DNA of 63,789 nucleotides, the filler included, from Stramenopiles sp. TOSAG23-3 (taxonomy: Eukaryota): NCBI GenBank assembly GCA_900128585.1. It is 48 parts of 48 records of this genome, joined end to end, with 100 filler letters (N's around TTAATTAATTAA, not from the genome) between each part and the next. Parts side by side here need not be neighbours in the genome. Positions count along the whole stretch, not along the records: positions 46,687 to 47,913 come from LT646226.1; positions 48,014 to 49,240 come from LT646227.1; positions 49,341 to 50,565 come from LT646228.1; positions 50,666 to 51,889 come from LT646229.1; positions 51,990 to 53,213 come from LT646230.1; positions 53,314 to 54,536 come from LT646231.1; positions 54,637 to 55,859 come from LT646232.1; positions 55,960 to 57,182 come from LT646233.1; 40 more parts are not named here. One strand, written 5' to 3'. The translations under genes were made by a program, and so were the position numbers. Position 1 is the first letter of the stretch; every line of letters starts with the position of its first letter. A model generated the notes under the pieces. That model was not told the DNA's origin, made no database searches, and saw nothing but the letters and a program-made list of their open reading frames with translations. Positions 47,092-60,614 of the stretch are shown here, in pieces.

Positions 47092-47625
47092 ATGGCCTCC
47101 CAAGCTGCTGCCGCTGCGGGCACGCCGAAGCCCGCGTTTGACTCGAGCACCGTGAAAACCGTGTCCAAGATACCTCTGTTGACCATCAATGCGGGGCCCC
47201 GCGATGGTGATCTATGGAACAAACGGTTAAGAGAGGAATTCACAGGGCTAATAACGTACATCAAGAACAATAAGGCGGACGATAACGATTGGTTCAACAT
47301 TAAGCCCCGTGACAAGACAGGGACGTTTTGGGAAGGCAAGTGTTGGGTTTATTACAAAGGGTTGAAATATGAGTTCAAATTGGAGTTTGCCATTCCAGCA
47401 TCCTACCCTGCAGCGGCGCCGGAACTCGCCGTTCCTGAATTAGAAGGCAAAACTGCAAAGATGTACCGTGGTGGTAAGATTTGCTTGGACATTCACTTCA
47501 ATCCGTTGTGGCAGAAAAATGTGCCAAGATTTGGCATTGCGCACGCAATAGCGCTCGGATTAGGACCATGGCTAGCTGCAGAGGTCCCTGACTTGGTAGA
47601 AAAATCCATCATTACCCATAGCTAA
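47092..47625 (+). CDS. UFC1: Ufm1-conjugating enzyme 1
   Basis: [51 protein letters not shown]. Confidence 0.97.
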   Translation: MASQAAAAAGTPKPAFDSSTVKTVSKIPLLTINAGPRDGDLWNKRLREEFTGLITYIKNNKADDNDWFNIKPRDKTGTFWEGKCWVYYKGLKYEFKLEFAIPASYPAAAPELAVPELEGKTAKMYRGGKICLDIHFNPLWQKNVPRFGIAHAIALGLGPWLAAEVPDLVEKSIITHS

Positions 47626-48013
47626 GAACAGGTTGACTAAAGAAACAAATTATATAGTATGGTTTAAGTCAAAAAAGAAAAAAGAAGGTAAAACCGTTCA
47701 ACGTTGACTAAAGATCTTACGCGCGTTACGTTTCAGTAAGTTTAATGTTAACTTAATTTACTTACGACGAATGGCATGTGCTAAACTTTAAAATTAATAA
47801 ACGAGCTTTTAGGCGTCGTCGTCAGAATCCACCTCAATAGAAATGTCGGCCTTGGTCAAAACCAGCTCTTTGATCTTTTCTTTGCTTGGCGGGTGTATGT
47901 CATAGTGCATGGANNNNNNNNNNNNNNNNNNNNNNNNNNNNNNNNNNNNNNNNNNNNTTAATTAATTAANNNNNNNNNNNNNNNNNNNNNNNNNNNNNNN
48001 NNNNNNNNNNNNN

Positions 48014-48517
48014 GAGGTCCGTCGTGTCGGGACGGTGGTTCGAACCCAGATTCCCTTAAAGCTGGCCTGGGCGATGACGATACACAAGAGCCAGGGTCTT
48101 TCCTTGGACTGGCTAGAAGTTCATTGCCGAAAAACGTTTACCGATGGGCAGGCGTACGTGGCGCTCAGCCGTGCCGTAGATTTAAACTCCCTTGCACTGT
48201 GTGGTGGCCTTCCCTCTTACCGAGGCCAAACCAGCCCCCTGGTAGGAAGGTTTTACAGCCTGAACGCTGCGGATGGCGGTGGCAGCGCGACTGAAGGAAG
48301 TAGCACCGGCGCGCCGTCACGATTTTGTTGCGCCAATGGCCTTCCCCGATGGGACGAAGAAAATGCACCGACGTGCAGCTGTGGACGCAGGTGCGCCAAA
48401 AAAACAGTGCCCCCGGGGGATGGCGATGATTATGTCCCAGGGACAGGACGGCGGATTGAATGGTTTTGTTCAAAAAAACTATGCGGGTATATTTCGCACT
48501 CCAAAGAGATTTGTTGA
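48014..48517 (+). CDS. PIF1-family helicase C-terminus with GRF-type zinc finger
   Basis: [38 protein letters not shown]...[15 protein letters not shown]. Confidence 0.9.
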   Translation, partial: EVRRVGTVVRTQIPLKLAWAMTIHKSQGLSLDWLEVHCRKTFTDGQAYVALSRAVDLNSLALCGGLPSYRGQTSPLVGRFYSLNAADGGGSATEGSSTGAPSRFCCANGLPRWDEENAPTCSCGRRCAKKTVPPGDGDDYVPGTGRRIEWFCSKKLCGYISHSKEIC

Positions 48518-49340
48518 TTTTTTGATGTGTGTGAGAGGTATTAAATGATCACCCCCCATCAAGAAGAAGTAAATAATTCCAATAATTGGCAATAATACAT
48601 ATACGCACGAAGTAGAAGATCTTCTGTGACTACACTCTCCCCCACCACATCCTCGAAGCAGCACCCAAATAGAAGACAGAAGTTGACTAGTAGTTCGTAG
48701 AAGTAAAAAAAATACACTTGTACTTTTTTATAATGAAAAAAAGAGCACATCGCACAGCAAACCTGTGCAACGGTACGAACGCTGTGTCCATACGAAGCCT
48801 ACGAGGAGCAGTCCAATTCCTATTATTATAATAATTAATATTTAAAAACCCGAATTTAGCTACGGTACCGGTACGGTACGTACGACGAGGTCGTACTCCA
48901 CTCGCTGCTTTTGGAGGAGAAAGCACATTTTCATATTATAATACTTGGTAGCTATATATTTATAGACGTTATTATTATTACACACAGGCACCTTGTTTGT
49001 ATCAGTGGTGTATGCCTGTAACAACAATGATGGATGGGAATATATTACCCAACAATATACGCATCATCAACACCACACTGTAATTCTTATTTTTTATTAA
49101 GGTCACTGCTTGGGACAGTGAATTGAAGTTTTGGCAACTGCGTAACTAAAACCCAAACGCGTCCCATACACAAACCAAAATCGACGTACCAGGGATCAAA
49201 CAGGCATAGCAAAAGGTTGTTCGAATTAGCAATTGAAAACNNNNNNNNNNNNNNNNNNNNNNNNNNNNNNNNNNNNNNNNNNNNTTAATTAATTAANNNN
49301 NNNNNNNNNNNNNNNNNNNNNNNNNNNNNNNNNNNNNNNN

Positions 49341-49831
49341 GTGGTGACAAAGTTGACCATTACTTTCACGTTGTTTATTGTTATACCCGAATCATAGTCA
49401 ACTTCAATGTCCAAATCTAAAACCTCCGCGCCGTAAGAGGAAAAATAGTCATTCATGTACTCAGGGAGTTTTGATCTTTTGGCTATAACAATGGCCTCAA
49501 CAACAATGGCCTCTTTCTTCAACACTTCGAGTACACGTATGCACTGGGCAGCATGGCCCAGGCCATTTGTGCATACACTTACAATAATACTTTTGCGCTC
49601 CCCCCCCTTAGCCCCGCTTCTGGCCCGCTTCTGGACGATTTCGCCGGACAACAAAAATTGCAGCTTGAAAATTATTACGACAATCTTATATACATAGCTG
49701 GAAAATAACTCCAGCACCGAAGAGTTGCCCCCATGGGTTGCCACAGAGTGCAGAGCAAAGGAAAAAAAGAGAGCAACAAAAATAAAAAGCAAATACCACA
49801 TAGCCATCGCAGACAAATAAAACAAACACAA
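49341..49831 (-). CDS. Membrane-anchored GT-B glycosyltransferase N-terminus
   Basis: TM helices, then IIVSVCTNGLGHAAQC (G.GH motif). Confidence 0.65.
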
Positions 49832-50665
49832 ATGCGAGAATATTTAAATGCTAGCTGTGTTGTTTTCCAGAGAAATATTTTATGTTGTTGTCGGAAACCT
49901 CTTGCCAAGGTTAAAGAGAAAGCAGTAGTACTATTGCGCCACAATATAAAAGCAACGGCACGAGCACGGTCACTGTTGTACAAAAAAACAAAACACAAAA
50001 ATTGAAGAAGATTTTTTTGTATATTATTATTTTTATTTTTTTTTTTCTTATTGGTGGTGGTATTGTTCCAAGTTCCAAGTTGGCCAAAAAAAAAATAGGA
50101 AATATCAGTATTATATAATAAATAATACAGGAACATACGTTAAGGGTGATTATTAACAAATACATAGAATTAGCACAGAGAAAGGCACAACGAAGAAAAA
50201 AGGACAACGTACGTAAACAAAATAGAATAATAAAAACAGACAAAAAAAAAAAGAAAAAACAGAAGAAAGAAACCAATTCAATTGAATGAAACAATCTTAA
50301 TTTGATGTTCAATATTTAAAATATACTAGTCTAGTCAGTCGGTCTATTATTATTCCAATTATTCCACAACAATAGACTAATAATATTTTATAAAATTTTT
50401 TTTTTAAATTAAATAAAATAAAAAAAAGAAGAAGAGAAAATGATGATTTATTTTTCAATTTCTGCTCTCTCTGCTCCTTACATTATTATTAGTCCTATAT
50501 TAATATTATTAAGCGTCAGTCGTCTATAGATTGATGATTGAAGGAGGTGATGCGGTATGTCTGTTNNNNNNNNNNNNNNNNNNNNNNNNNNNNNNNNNNN
50601 NNNNNNNNNTTAATTAATTAANNNNNNNNNNNNNNNNNNNNNNNNNNNNNNNNNNNNNNNNNNNN

Positions 50666-51691
50666 CTGCCCGTCGCCGGTTTTTTTAAACTCCGCCGTTA
50701 CGTACGTTTAAAACGTCTTACCGACCCCTCGGTTGAATTTCGGTATGGTATGCTATATAGTGGGTACCAGTACAAACGGTGGTGGTGGGACGCAGTCGTT
50801 GCATTGCGAAAAGCGACTGTTGCGTTAGTAACCAGTTGTGTACCCGAAGACGCAGAAATTCATGTTATGCTGTGCATTCTCACCGCGGCAATCTTTCTGC
50901 ACGAACGGGGACGTCCGTATTTTGACGATGCCGCACTGCAGCAAGAGCGTCGAAGAAAACTGCACAGGTTTGATGGCAACGCCCTCATAATGGTGTACAT
51001 AACCGCATGGACGGGATTTTACTTCAAGATAACTCCAAATTGCGAGCATAACGAGGTGTCGTGCATAATACTTGTAACAATACTAGCATTCGCAAACATG
51101 TCGTTCTTCCTATACTGCATCTACACGATTTGGAACGAGCAGGTAGACGTTTCAAAAATTGAAAATACACTCAGAACCGCTAGGAATAAGGCTCGAAGAA
51201 CTGTCAAGAGGATAAAAAAAAGAGGGCTCAAGCGGAAGAACGGGGGGATAGAAAAAGCCAGCAGCAGATTTAAGCTCAATATGGGGCAGCAAAACCCAAT
51301 GCTTGTGGACAAAAATGCTACGAAGGGCACATATTTAAACCCAATGTTCAGAAAGAAACGAACATCCACTTTGGGGAGTGCTCTATCCCTAACGGAGCGA
51401 ACGGTTTCTTTTAGTCATCATAGCAGGTCGTTGCAAATGACGAATATTCGCTTGCCTGAGGGGTGGAAGAAGCTAAGAGACCCGGTGGCGGGAACCCTTC
51501 TGTACTTTTTTGCTTCAGAAGACGACTCGAGCCTAGGCTATGTTACCCATGAAAAACCTAAAGTGCCGAAAGGATGGAAAACCGCTTTTGACAAGGACAC
51601 ACACACCCTGTACTACTACAACAAAAAAACACACGAGTCTGTTTTAACTTTCGACAAGAGACCCGCGAACGTGCGATCTCGCATAATCTAG
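50666..51691 (+). CDS. Multi-pass membrane protein C-terminus with two WW-like domains
   Basis: YGMLYSGY..WWWDAVVALRK TM region; LPEGWKKLRDP and VPKGWKTAFDKDTHTLYYYN. Confidence 0.75.
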   Translation: MPVAGFFKLRRYVRLKRLTDPSVEFRYGMLYSGYQYKRWWWDAVVALRKATVALVTSCVPEDAEIHVMLCILTAAIFLHERGRPYFDDAALQQERRRKLHRFDGNALIMVYITAWTGFYFKITPNCEHNEVSCIILVTILAFANMSFFLYCIYTIWNEQVDVSKIENTLRTARNKARRTVKRIKKRGLKRKNGGIEKASSRFKLNMGQQNPMLVDKNATKGTYLNPMFRKKRTSTLGSALSLTERTVSFSHHSRSLQMTNIRLPEGWKKLRDPVAGTLLYFFASEDDSSLGYVTHEKPKVPKGWKTAFDKDTHTLYYYNKKTHESVLTFDKRPANVRSRII

Positions 51692-51989
51692 TTACGTTCT
51701 CAGTTCGTAAATTTGCGTATAAGAATATTAAATATTCGCCAGAGAGTATTTTGTTTTAAAAAATAATATTAATATTTTTTAGAGATTAAAAACTGAATTA
51801 GGCTTTTTTAATTCTTTTATTGCTGCCTCCTTGGAAAATCACACAGTTATTGTTTCATCTATGAGTGAGGCATCGGATGAGGAAGTTGANNNNNNNNNNN
51901 NNNNNNNNNNNNNNNNNNNNNNNNNNNNNNNNNTTAATTAATTAANNNNNNNNNNNNNNNNNNNNNNNNNNNNNNNNNNNNNNNNNNNN

Positions 51990-53213
51990 GGGCAGTCCTT
52001 GTGGGAATCGCCGTGGTCTCAACACCCCCTTGACAGTAATCTTGCCAAGGTCGATCAAAATAATATAGTCGTGCTCATGTTCGATAGCTTGCACAAACTA
52101 AGGTTGTCTTTTAGATCCGACGAAGATGCTAGTTTGTATTTCAAAATGCTTAATGCACTTTTGTGCTTAAGTCATTATGGGCATGCTGCACAATTATTTT
52201 ACGTAAACAAGTTTTTCGAACGCATCGTCACTTCTGCCAATAAAGATGCGAATCAACTCTTGTCTACGTGCAGCTGCGAGTGTATCCAGGAATCAATAGC
52301 ACAAATCGCATTTTCTCCGGTTGGAATTATTGAACTCTCTAGGGCTAGTGGAATGCTGTACCCAGTTGCTTATGTCGAATCTATATTTCGCCAGCGTTCA
52401 GCTGGGTTGAAAGACGATGATTATGACAAGGACTTGCATGTTGGAAAGTTATTGGCATCGCTGGCATGCTCTCCGAGTGCAAATGGTATTATATCAAAAA
52501 GTGAGATACCACGATTGTTGAAGCATACACTTCAACAATGCATTTTTACGGATTCGAAGCAAGGACTGCTTTCGAACCCCTTAATGTTGCACTGTCACCC
52601 TGAAGAAAGTTGTGCATTGACAGCATTTTTACAAATTTATGGACAAATGTTATCATCTAATTTCACATCGGAACTTATTAGAAATAGGAAAAGTAAGGAC
52701 AATCTGGTCAAGTTTATCGTTGAAGACCTGTTGTTGAACCCAAAAGACGAGCAGAAAAACCCTGCAGTATTTGAGCAGTACTCCATAGGAATGCATTTGA
52801 TGCAGGAGATGTTCACATCATTGGACAACATAATTGCAGTGGAATCAGTTTATGCGATGACAAGCAAGATTTTGTGTCACTTAAATAGGGTGGGGCGGGA
52901 TTCTAACAAGGGGAGCAGCAGTATAACAGCAGCGACAGAGGGTGTAGCAACGAGCACGAAGAGTCCCTCAAGTCCTAATCGAATCGGTACTGCTGGCGCT
53001 AGCATTATCATAGACGAGCATTCTTTTAGACATTTTTATGCGCTGCAGACACTAAATTGCATCGGGGGCATCTCTGAGCGCTGGTATGGGTTTCGCCCGA
53101 AAAGTCGCGACTTAAGCTCCCCGTGGAGAATTCCTCGTGCTATTTTTGATGGTATAGCATGCTACAAGCCCCCGTGCTTGAAAGAGCCGGAGGCACAAAA
53201 GCTGTGCAGTAAT
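51990..53213 (+). CDS. Probable Broad-minded/TBC1D32 ciliary protein (internal fragment)
   Basis: SLDNIIAVESVY and IIIDEHS....LNCIGGISER resemble BROMI motifs as I recall them (CLDT.LLLESQY; IID..S.ERN....VGGP.ER). Confidence 0.55.
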
Positions 53214-53313
53214 NNNNNNNNNNNNNNNNNNNNNNNNNNNNNNNNNNNNNNNNNNNNTTAATTAATTAANNNNNNNNNNNNNNNNNNNNNNNNNNNNNNN
53301 NNNNNNNNNNNNN

Positions 53314-54536
53314 CTAGTATTGCCGCCACGGCTGCAGTCGCCGTTCGCGTTTGTGAAAAACCGTTGAAAGAGGGGAAAGGAAACCGTGGCAAGTGCGACA
53401 TTATTTCGTACGAAGCCCCGAATTGCCGCAACGGAAATAACCCACGAATTCACGTTACGGAAGATGGAGTGTGCCATCCCCGAAACAACTGGTTCACATC
53501 GCATCAAAGCTATACCACCCGAAATACTGGGGTCAGATACCATTACCCATACACGATCACTGGTAATAATGTGAGAATGTATACGCCGGGCTGGTGGCAA
53601 TATGGCTGGTACCATCACCAAAAGGGCGCAGGAGGCTGTGATCGTGGAGGAGCCTGCAAGAGTTGGTATGGATGTGGAAATTGGGGAGGTTACTTGAATG
53701 CATATTTGACATTTACCGCCCCAAGGGATGGGCGCACACAAGGGGTGTGTGGAGACTTCAGTGGCCACTCTGGGCGTGATTACAACGAGATGATCGCTTC
53801 GGGCAGGAGAGGGGGGAGCATGTGGGGGAAGACGGCGCGTGACAAATTTATGGTCTCGGCAAAAGATTCGTTTTTCAAATGCGGTGTCTTGGACTATTCT
53901 TACAGGTATTCTGCATACAGTTTCAAACAGACAACTCGAGCAACAGCTCAGCAAAGAATGGCTATGGCGACTCAAGCATTAGCACAAGAGTTCGCAGAAG
54001 ACAAAATAATGAACAAAAATGCCGGCAAGGCGTCAAAGAAAGTGAGCAAAGCTGATGCTACCAAACGTTGCAAAGGGAAGAAGCCAGCTCCTTCTACGGA
54101 GGAAGCGTTGAAAAGCTGTGTGTCGGACATGATGATGGTGGATGACGACCAAGTCCGAAAGAGCGCTGCAAAAGAATCAACAGAAGAGATTGAAGAAGCC
54201 TACCATGAAGCGGAAGCAGATGAAGCAGACGAAAAGCTAGAATTAATCGCCGAGGCCAAGCTGAAGCGCCCGGGGCCGTTGGATCCTGTCATTCAGTACT
54301 GCGTTCAGCACGGCAATACAAGCATGGAATTGAAGGCTAGTTGTTCAGAAGATTCGAAGGGATGGAACCAATTGAAGGCTTACCCTGCGAAAATTTATGG
54401 TGATTATTTCAAAACTTGGAAATACATGACTGCAAGAATCCCACCAGCTGCAATGGGTGAGTCCGTCCGTTTTCGATTTTACCAGAAGAGGCATACTTGC
54501 TATTGCTGCGACCAGTTTGCTATCGACAAGGTAAAG
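53314..54536 (+). CDS. Extracellular protein with VWD-like and reelin-repeat-like segments (internal fragment)
   Basis: YLNAYL...TQGVCGDFSG (VWD end); VRFRFYQ...DQFAIDKV (reelin-like). Confidence 0.55.
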
Positions 54537-54636
54537 NNNNNNNNNNNNNNNNNNNNNNNNNNNNNNNNNNNNNNNNNNNNTTAATTAATTAANNNNNNNN
54601 NNNNNNNNNNNNNNNNNNNNNNNNNNNNNNNNNNNN

Positions 54637-55859
54637 CTTGAAGCCTGAAAACATCTTTGTGGACAAAGCAGCTGGTACTGTCGTCCTCGGGGATTTCGGG
54701 ACCACGCGCATTCTACGGGAGTCGGTAGGAACGGTGCCCTCTCAAGTGCGGGGTACGTTTAATTACATGTCACCAGAGCAAGCCATGGCGAAAGATTTTT
54801 ATGACAGCACGAAACAGTCCACAGTGACCACGAAATCAGATTCCTGGACATTCGGAACAACAATGATTCACTTCTTGAGTGGGAAAATACCGTGGCAACC
54901 TGGTATCGTGTTCCCCCCGCCTCCATTATACAACCGAGAAGCCCCCCCGTATTCAGTGCCAGAGGGCACCCCTTCTGAGCTTGTGCAACTAGTCGAACGG
55001 TGTTTAAAACCAAATCCAGACGACCGCCCTGGGTTTGATGCGATTGTCGAACAGTTGGAAGAGATTGCTCCAGAGACTCCATCTAGTCCCGCAGCGCCAA
55101 GCCCGCTGCCGGCTCCTACGCCAAGGGCACCGCCCCCGAACCGTGACTCAAACATTGCGCTCCTTGACTTTGAGGAGGAACTACAATGCTACGAGGAGGA
55201 AAGTAGAGCAGAAGCGATCGCACAGTACAACAAGGTTGCACAGCATGATGCTGACCTGTCTCGTTTAAAAGAAAGGCAGGGTGCAGAGGCACGTCAGTTG
55301 GAGAAGGAGAAGGAAGAGCTGGAGAAAGAATTAAATACAGCGGTAGAAAGGGACGATTGGAAAACCGCTGCGGCAATGGAGAGTTCAGTCGATGCAAAAA
55401 CGCGAGAGATTGAAGCGTTGCGTGTTTCAAACCTAGAACTACTGGAAAAGGCGACAAAAGCAAACAACGCGGAACGATTGCGATGCCAAGCACCCATGGA
55501 ACTTTTGAAAAAACTGAAGGAAAGAATCTTCGACGAGAACGCGAAGATTAAGACGTTAAAACGAGAAAGACCAGCAGGTTTTATTCAAGAAGCATTGAAA
55601 GTCAGCAGCGCGCTCGAAACATTACAAAATATGCTGGTGCGCATTGGCAATGTTGAACGCGTGGGGGTAGCCAGGCAATATGCCAAAGCGGAGGAGGAAG
55701 CAACGAGGCGAAAGGCAGTGCGTGCCATGAAAAAGAGGATCGACAAAGCGGAAGAGAAGGAGGACTGCTCGATCGTGATAACGGCGCTGAAAGAGGCGGG
55801 GGAGGCAGAGGTCGCCGCGTACGCGCTGAAATCGTTGGTCTACTTTGCGAAAGGGACGG
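54637..55859 (+). CDS. Protein kinase (C-lobe) with coiled-coil extension (internal fragment)
   Basis: LKPENI, DFG, GTFNYMSPE, SDSWTFG, RCLKPNPDDRP. Confidence 0.93.
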
Positions 55860-56851
55860 NNNNNNNNNNNNNNNNNNNNNNNNNNNNNNNNNNNNNNNNN
55901 NNNTTAATTAATTAANNNNNNNNNNNNNNNNNNNNNNNNNNNNNNNNNNNNNNNNNNNNTTTGTAAGAATTCGTTGGCGTTGTTGTGTAGGTTGGAAATC
56001 GCCATGTGCTCTTTTATATTCTTCTATTGGCTGCTTAAGATCTGAGGGCAACAGTTCAGTAGCAGTTTCATCTTTGCTTGTCCAGATCACTGTGCTGTCA
56101 AGATTCCCTGCATTCCTGGGTTTAATGTTTCTTTAGGGGAACGTTGTATAGAATGGTCCAATTGAACTTTATTTTATAAAACTCCTGCTGGTGCAACTGA
56201 AAATTAGCTGATTGATAGAAGCATTTACCGATAATTTTTGAAATGTCTACCGAAACTAACTCCATGGACTACAAAATAATTTAAATTGCTCTTTTCAAAT
56301 GGCTACTGTACCACTGTACCACGGTAGTAGTACTTCACACAGTTATCGAGCAGGGTGGGGTTACCCGATCCCCTCGTCACATCCCTACTTGCACGAAGTG
56401 CGTTGTAGGTAGTACGAAGGAACGGGTGAAAAGGGAAATTTTTCTCTGTAAATTTTACAGTCATTTAGTGTCAAAATCATATTCAAGATGTTTCCCCTGC
56501 TGTGCCTATGAAAAAGGATGGAAAAACATAAAATAGTACGATTCAAGGAATTATCTAATCGGATCTTCAGAGAATGATGGTTTAGACGTGACAAGAGCAT
56601 AAAAAAGAAATTATTTTGATAAGTAAAATCACGGGATCACAGATAAGTTAACAGTACACGAAATCATAAGCCTTTAATGGACCAACGGAGCAAGGAGCGT
56701 GGTACGTGAAGAAGATAAAATTTAACTACGAAGTACGTATTACTAAACAGCCAGTTTTTTGGTTTTTTAATCTAAAAAAGTACTCAAAAACAAAATCATA
56801 ATTGATAATAAAGAGAGAGTCTTAAAGCATATGCTATATATAATTTGATTT

Positions 56852-57063
56852 CAAGATTATCAGAATAGCTTTTGGGGCAGATCCAGGCATCTACAACACA
56901 AAAATAGCCGCTGTCTCAAACAATCTTATGATAGTTTGACGCGACCATATGACCTAGGTCACCTTATGCCAAGACTACCAGAATAGTTTTTGGGGCAGTT
57001 CCAGGCATCTACAACACAATAATGGCCGCTGTCTCAACAATCTTATCTTATGATAGTTTGACG
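56852..57063 (+). repeat. Imperfect direct repeat, two ~90-bp copies, period ~118 bp
   Basis: CAAGA..CAGAATAG.TTTTGGGGCAG.TCCAGGCATCTACAACACAA...ATGATAGTTTGACG at 56852 and 56970. Confidence 0.85.
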
Positions 57064-57282
57064 TATCAGAATATTTTTTCGGTTATGTCTTAAGAAATAA
57101 TAGAAGTACACATTGCCTATATAATATATTTCTCACGTTTTTTTCTAAAAATTGTTGATTATTGAATTGAAGGATGCTACTANNNNNNNNNNNNNNNNNN
57201 NNNNNNNNNNNNNNNNNNNNNNNNNNTTAATTAATTAANNNNNNNNNNNNNNNNNNNNNNNNNNNNNNNNNNNNNNNNNNNN

Positions 57283-58037
57283 CCATTTGCGCCTTTGCCG
57301 GCGCAGAGAACTTGAAAGACACCCGAGTATCCCAGGGCATTTCGAGCAAAAGCACTCTTACTAAACAGGGATTACGTGCTGCTTCCAAAACGAAGTCCGT
57401 AAAAAAATACTGGAGAAAGATGACGACATTTGTCAAGGGTAAAGTGTCAAGTGTACTCAAAAAGATCGAGGTAGCATTTGTTAAACTGAAAGGGAAGGCT
57501 AAGGCGAGGTTGGAAGCGCTGAAGAAAAAGAACAAAGGATCCAAAGGTTACGTACTCAAATTGCCGTACTCCCAACATGCCGTGATGGGCACTAATGTAT
57601 ATGTGGCCGCACATCCCATCAACTGCGGCATTGTTTATGAGGGTCTAGGCGAGGAGATCGCCGATGAAGAGTGTGTGAATCATCTGGAAACAGACGAAGA
57701 TCCGGAAGCAGAAGAAGAAAAAACTGAGTTCCTTGAGGTCGGTATGCCGGTTACGTCAAGCCATACGGGCTGCAACGCCAAAGAAATATTTGGCCCTGGC
57801 AAAATTCCTTCAAAATGCTCTGGGAAAGACGAATCAATCGAATGGGTTGCAGATCCTTCTTTTGCAGCGTGCGTTGAATCAATTCACGAAGCTAGGGTAA
57901 GTGTGCAATTCACTAATGAAAACACAAAAGACGGACTCAAGCTTTGGTGGGACAAAGATCATTTGTTTGCCGATATTACTTGTGCTGCGGGTCGACGACG
58001 ATTGCTCCAAGCTGGTAATAATAATGCACAATCATAA
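57283..58037 (+). CDS. Hypothetical (probably extracellular) protein C-terminus
   Basis: 241+ aa ORF, Cys-containing, with GRRRLLQ near the end. Confidence 0.6.
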
Positions 58038-58462
58038 AGATGCCGTCGTGTTGTGATGATCGTAAAACAATTAATCTCGCAGAACTTAACTTGTTCTTTA
58101 TTCGGTATAGTTTATTTGTTTTCTTTTTCATAAGGCCAAAATTTATAAAAAGCTAATTTATGAACTTCGTTTTTTAAGTGAGGAAGAAGGAAGATAATCC
58201 CAGGAAAATTAAAAAAGGGGGGGTTATATTAGTAACGCTATTTGTATGTATTAAGTTTTTGCTAAAAAATATTTATTATTTGGGCTTTTTTATCTATGTT
58301 AAAGTGATTATCCCAAAGAAACGTGACGAAAGGAAGGTAATGGAATTTTTTAATGGTGCACCTGTTCACGCATTGGAACTTTATAAATTGACGTTCAATT
58401 CGAAAAACGATTAACAATCTATTCCAAGGAAGGACACGTTAACATTTGTATTATCAATCACC

Positions 58463-58504
58463 ATGAAAAAAGCAATCATTGTAGTTCTTCTCGTAGCTGC
58501 CATT
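58463..58504 (+). CDS. 5' end of a putative secreted protein
   Basis: ACCATG then MKKAIIVVLLVAAI to the contig end. Confidence 0.4.
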
Positions 58505-59507
58505 NNNNNNNNNNNNNNNNNNNNNNNNNNNNNNNNNNNNNNNNNNNNTTAATTAATTAANNNNNNNNNNNNNNNNNNNNNNNNNNNNNNNNNNNNNNNN
58601 NNNNCCCCCCCCCCCCGCAGAGTCCGTGCCTCCGTCCGCTTCGGTTTCAAACCCGCCATCGTCCTCCGCCAACAAACGCCATATAATAGTTTCGTGTTTC
58701 GAGGTAGGGAATACCTTGTCCCACACAACATGGCACACATCCTGTTCAAGGTGCTGGCAAGATGCGACGGGGGCGATCGTTTTTGCACGGTCTCCCCTCG
58801 CCGCACTGACATGGGCAGCAGTGCACGAGTTGAGCTGCCGCAGCAGATTCAGCAATATCAACGCCGCATCGTTGTGCGGGGCTGCGTACGATACCGACGC
58901 CATACCTAACTGGTCGCCGGCTAGGTTACTGCGGGATTCCTTATTCCTCACCTCCCTTCTCGCTTATTCTTCGTTTGGATGGCTTAGGGATAAAAATCGC
59001 TTGAAAACGTCTTTTTCACGAACGCGAGTCTCAGGGAAAGACAAACAACATATGCGCGAAACTGCGTTCGTCCTTCTTCAGAGAACTGATGCAACAACAA
59101 CAAGACAAACGCCAAGATGCACAACCTAATGCACTTACCCACTCTCGCTCTCTTTCGCTCTCACTCAATCTCTCTCGCTCTCTCTCACTCTCTGGTTAAA
59201 CGTCAAGGAAGAAACACTCTCTGTGCTGGATATTTTCCTTTCTTCTCATTTTCTTTTCTTTATATATGGTCTATATATTATATAGGTTACATTTTTAAAT
59301 TCATCTCGTCGATGATCAAACACAACAATAAATAATAATCATCAAAAAAACAACACGAAAAAATATTTTCTTCTTCTTCTTCTTCTTCTCTTTATTATAT
59401 TAATACTGTGTTGTGTGTTTGATATTAAATTAAAAAAAGAAGAAGAAAGAATGTAAGAATGAAGAAGAAGAAGAAAGGAATTGAAATTAAAATAAGAAAA
59501 AAGTTAA

Positions 59508-59826
59508 TTAAATTTCTAACTTATACGGAGTCTTTCCTTTTTCCCTCCAATCTCTTGTGAACACTTCTTTTAATTCAGATGAGATATTGGGGTTCCTTTG
59601 CAAATAAAGATAAGTCAATGATGGCAACGAACCATTATTAACTAACTCAAGAAGAGATTGACAACCAACATTACCAATCTTATTACCAGACAAACGAAGA
59701 GATTCCAACGATATCTCTGGTAGAACCCTACTACACAGGACAGCAATGGAATCATCTCCTATATTGTTGTCATACAAAGAAAGCCCCTTCAAGTTTGGCA
59801 TTGTTCTTAAGGCCGGAGCGATTGTT
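59508..59826 (-). CDS. RNI-like leucine-rich repeat protein C-terminus
   Basis: LKGLSLYDNNIGDD, LESLRLSGNKIGNVG, LTYLYLQRN. Confidence 0.85.
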
Positions 59827-60614
59827 NNNNNNNNNNNNNNNNNNNNNNNNNNNNNNNNNNNNNNNNNNNNTTAATTAATTAANNNNNNNNNNNNNNNNNN
59901 NNNNNNNNNNNNNNNNNNNNNNNNNNTAGCCCTTGAAGCATTGTGAATATACTTTTTAATATTCTCTTTTTTTTATTTATTATTTTAAAATTGTAAAAAT
60001 ATAAATAATAAAAATGAATAATAATATAAATAATAATAATATTTTAAATAGGTATAATAATATTAATTGTATACATATTATAAGTATATTATGCTTTAAG
60101 ACTCTTCTCATTTTATATCAATTACGATTTCAGTTCCAACCCTAAACCTAAGATGGATTTTTTAATTTCGTTAGCTGCTGCTAAAGGTGATCTGTACACA
60201 ACAAATCGATCCAATTCCTAATGAAAGTCTCTGATAAGTTCACCCATTTTTGGAGACTTTTGCGAGTAGATCACTTCTTCGCCGGACCCATCAGAGTCAC
60301 TTGGAGAATCAATCGTTTCTTTATTACCAAAAGTCAAACAGCGGCTAGATTTGTATATGATATTTAAAATTGATGCCCAGCAGTAAAGTTTTACTCATTA
60401 TTTCCTTCATTCATGTACTGCGAATTTATTTCTGCCCCTGTGGTTTTCTTGATCAATTTACTCTTGTCGTTTGTTTTGAAAGAATCGACCGAGTAAGAAC
60501 TTTAAGAATTTCTTTTTTCCATTTAGGTGGTATGATACACCACACACAAACACACACGCATTTAAATTTACACACGCCTACATCTATTCTATTACGCGCA
60601 GTTACAAACTTAAT

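Noticed and set aside
58605-59129. ORFs on both strands in a GC-rich stretch
   Set aside because: Probably coding, but the strand, start and product could not be determined.
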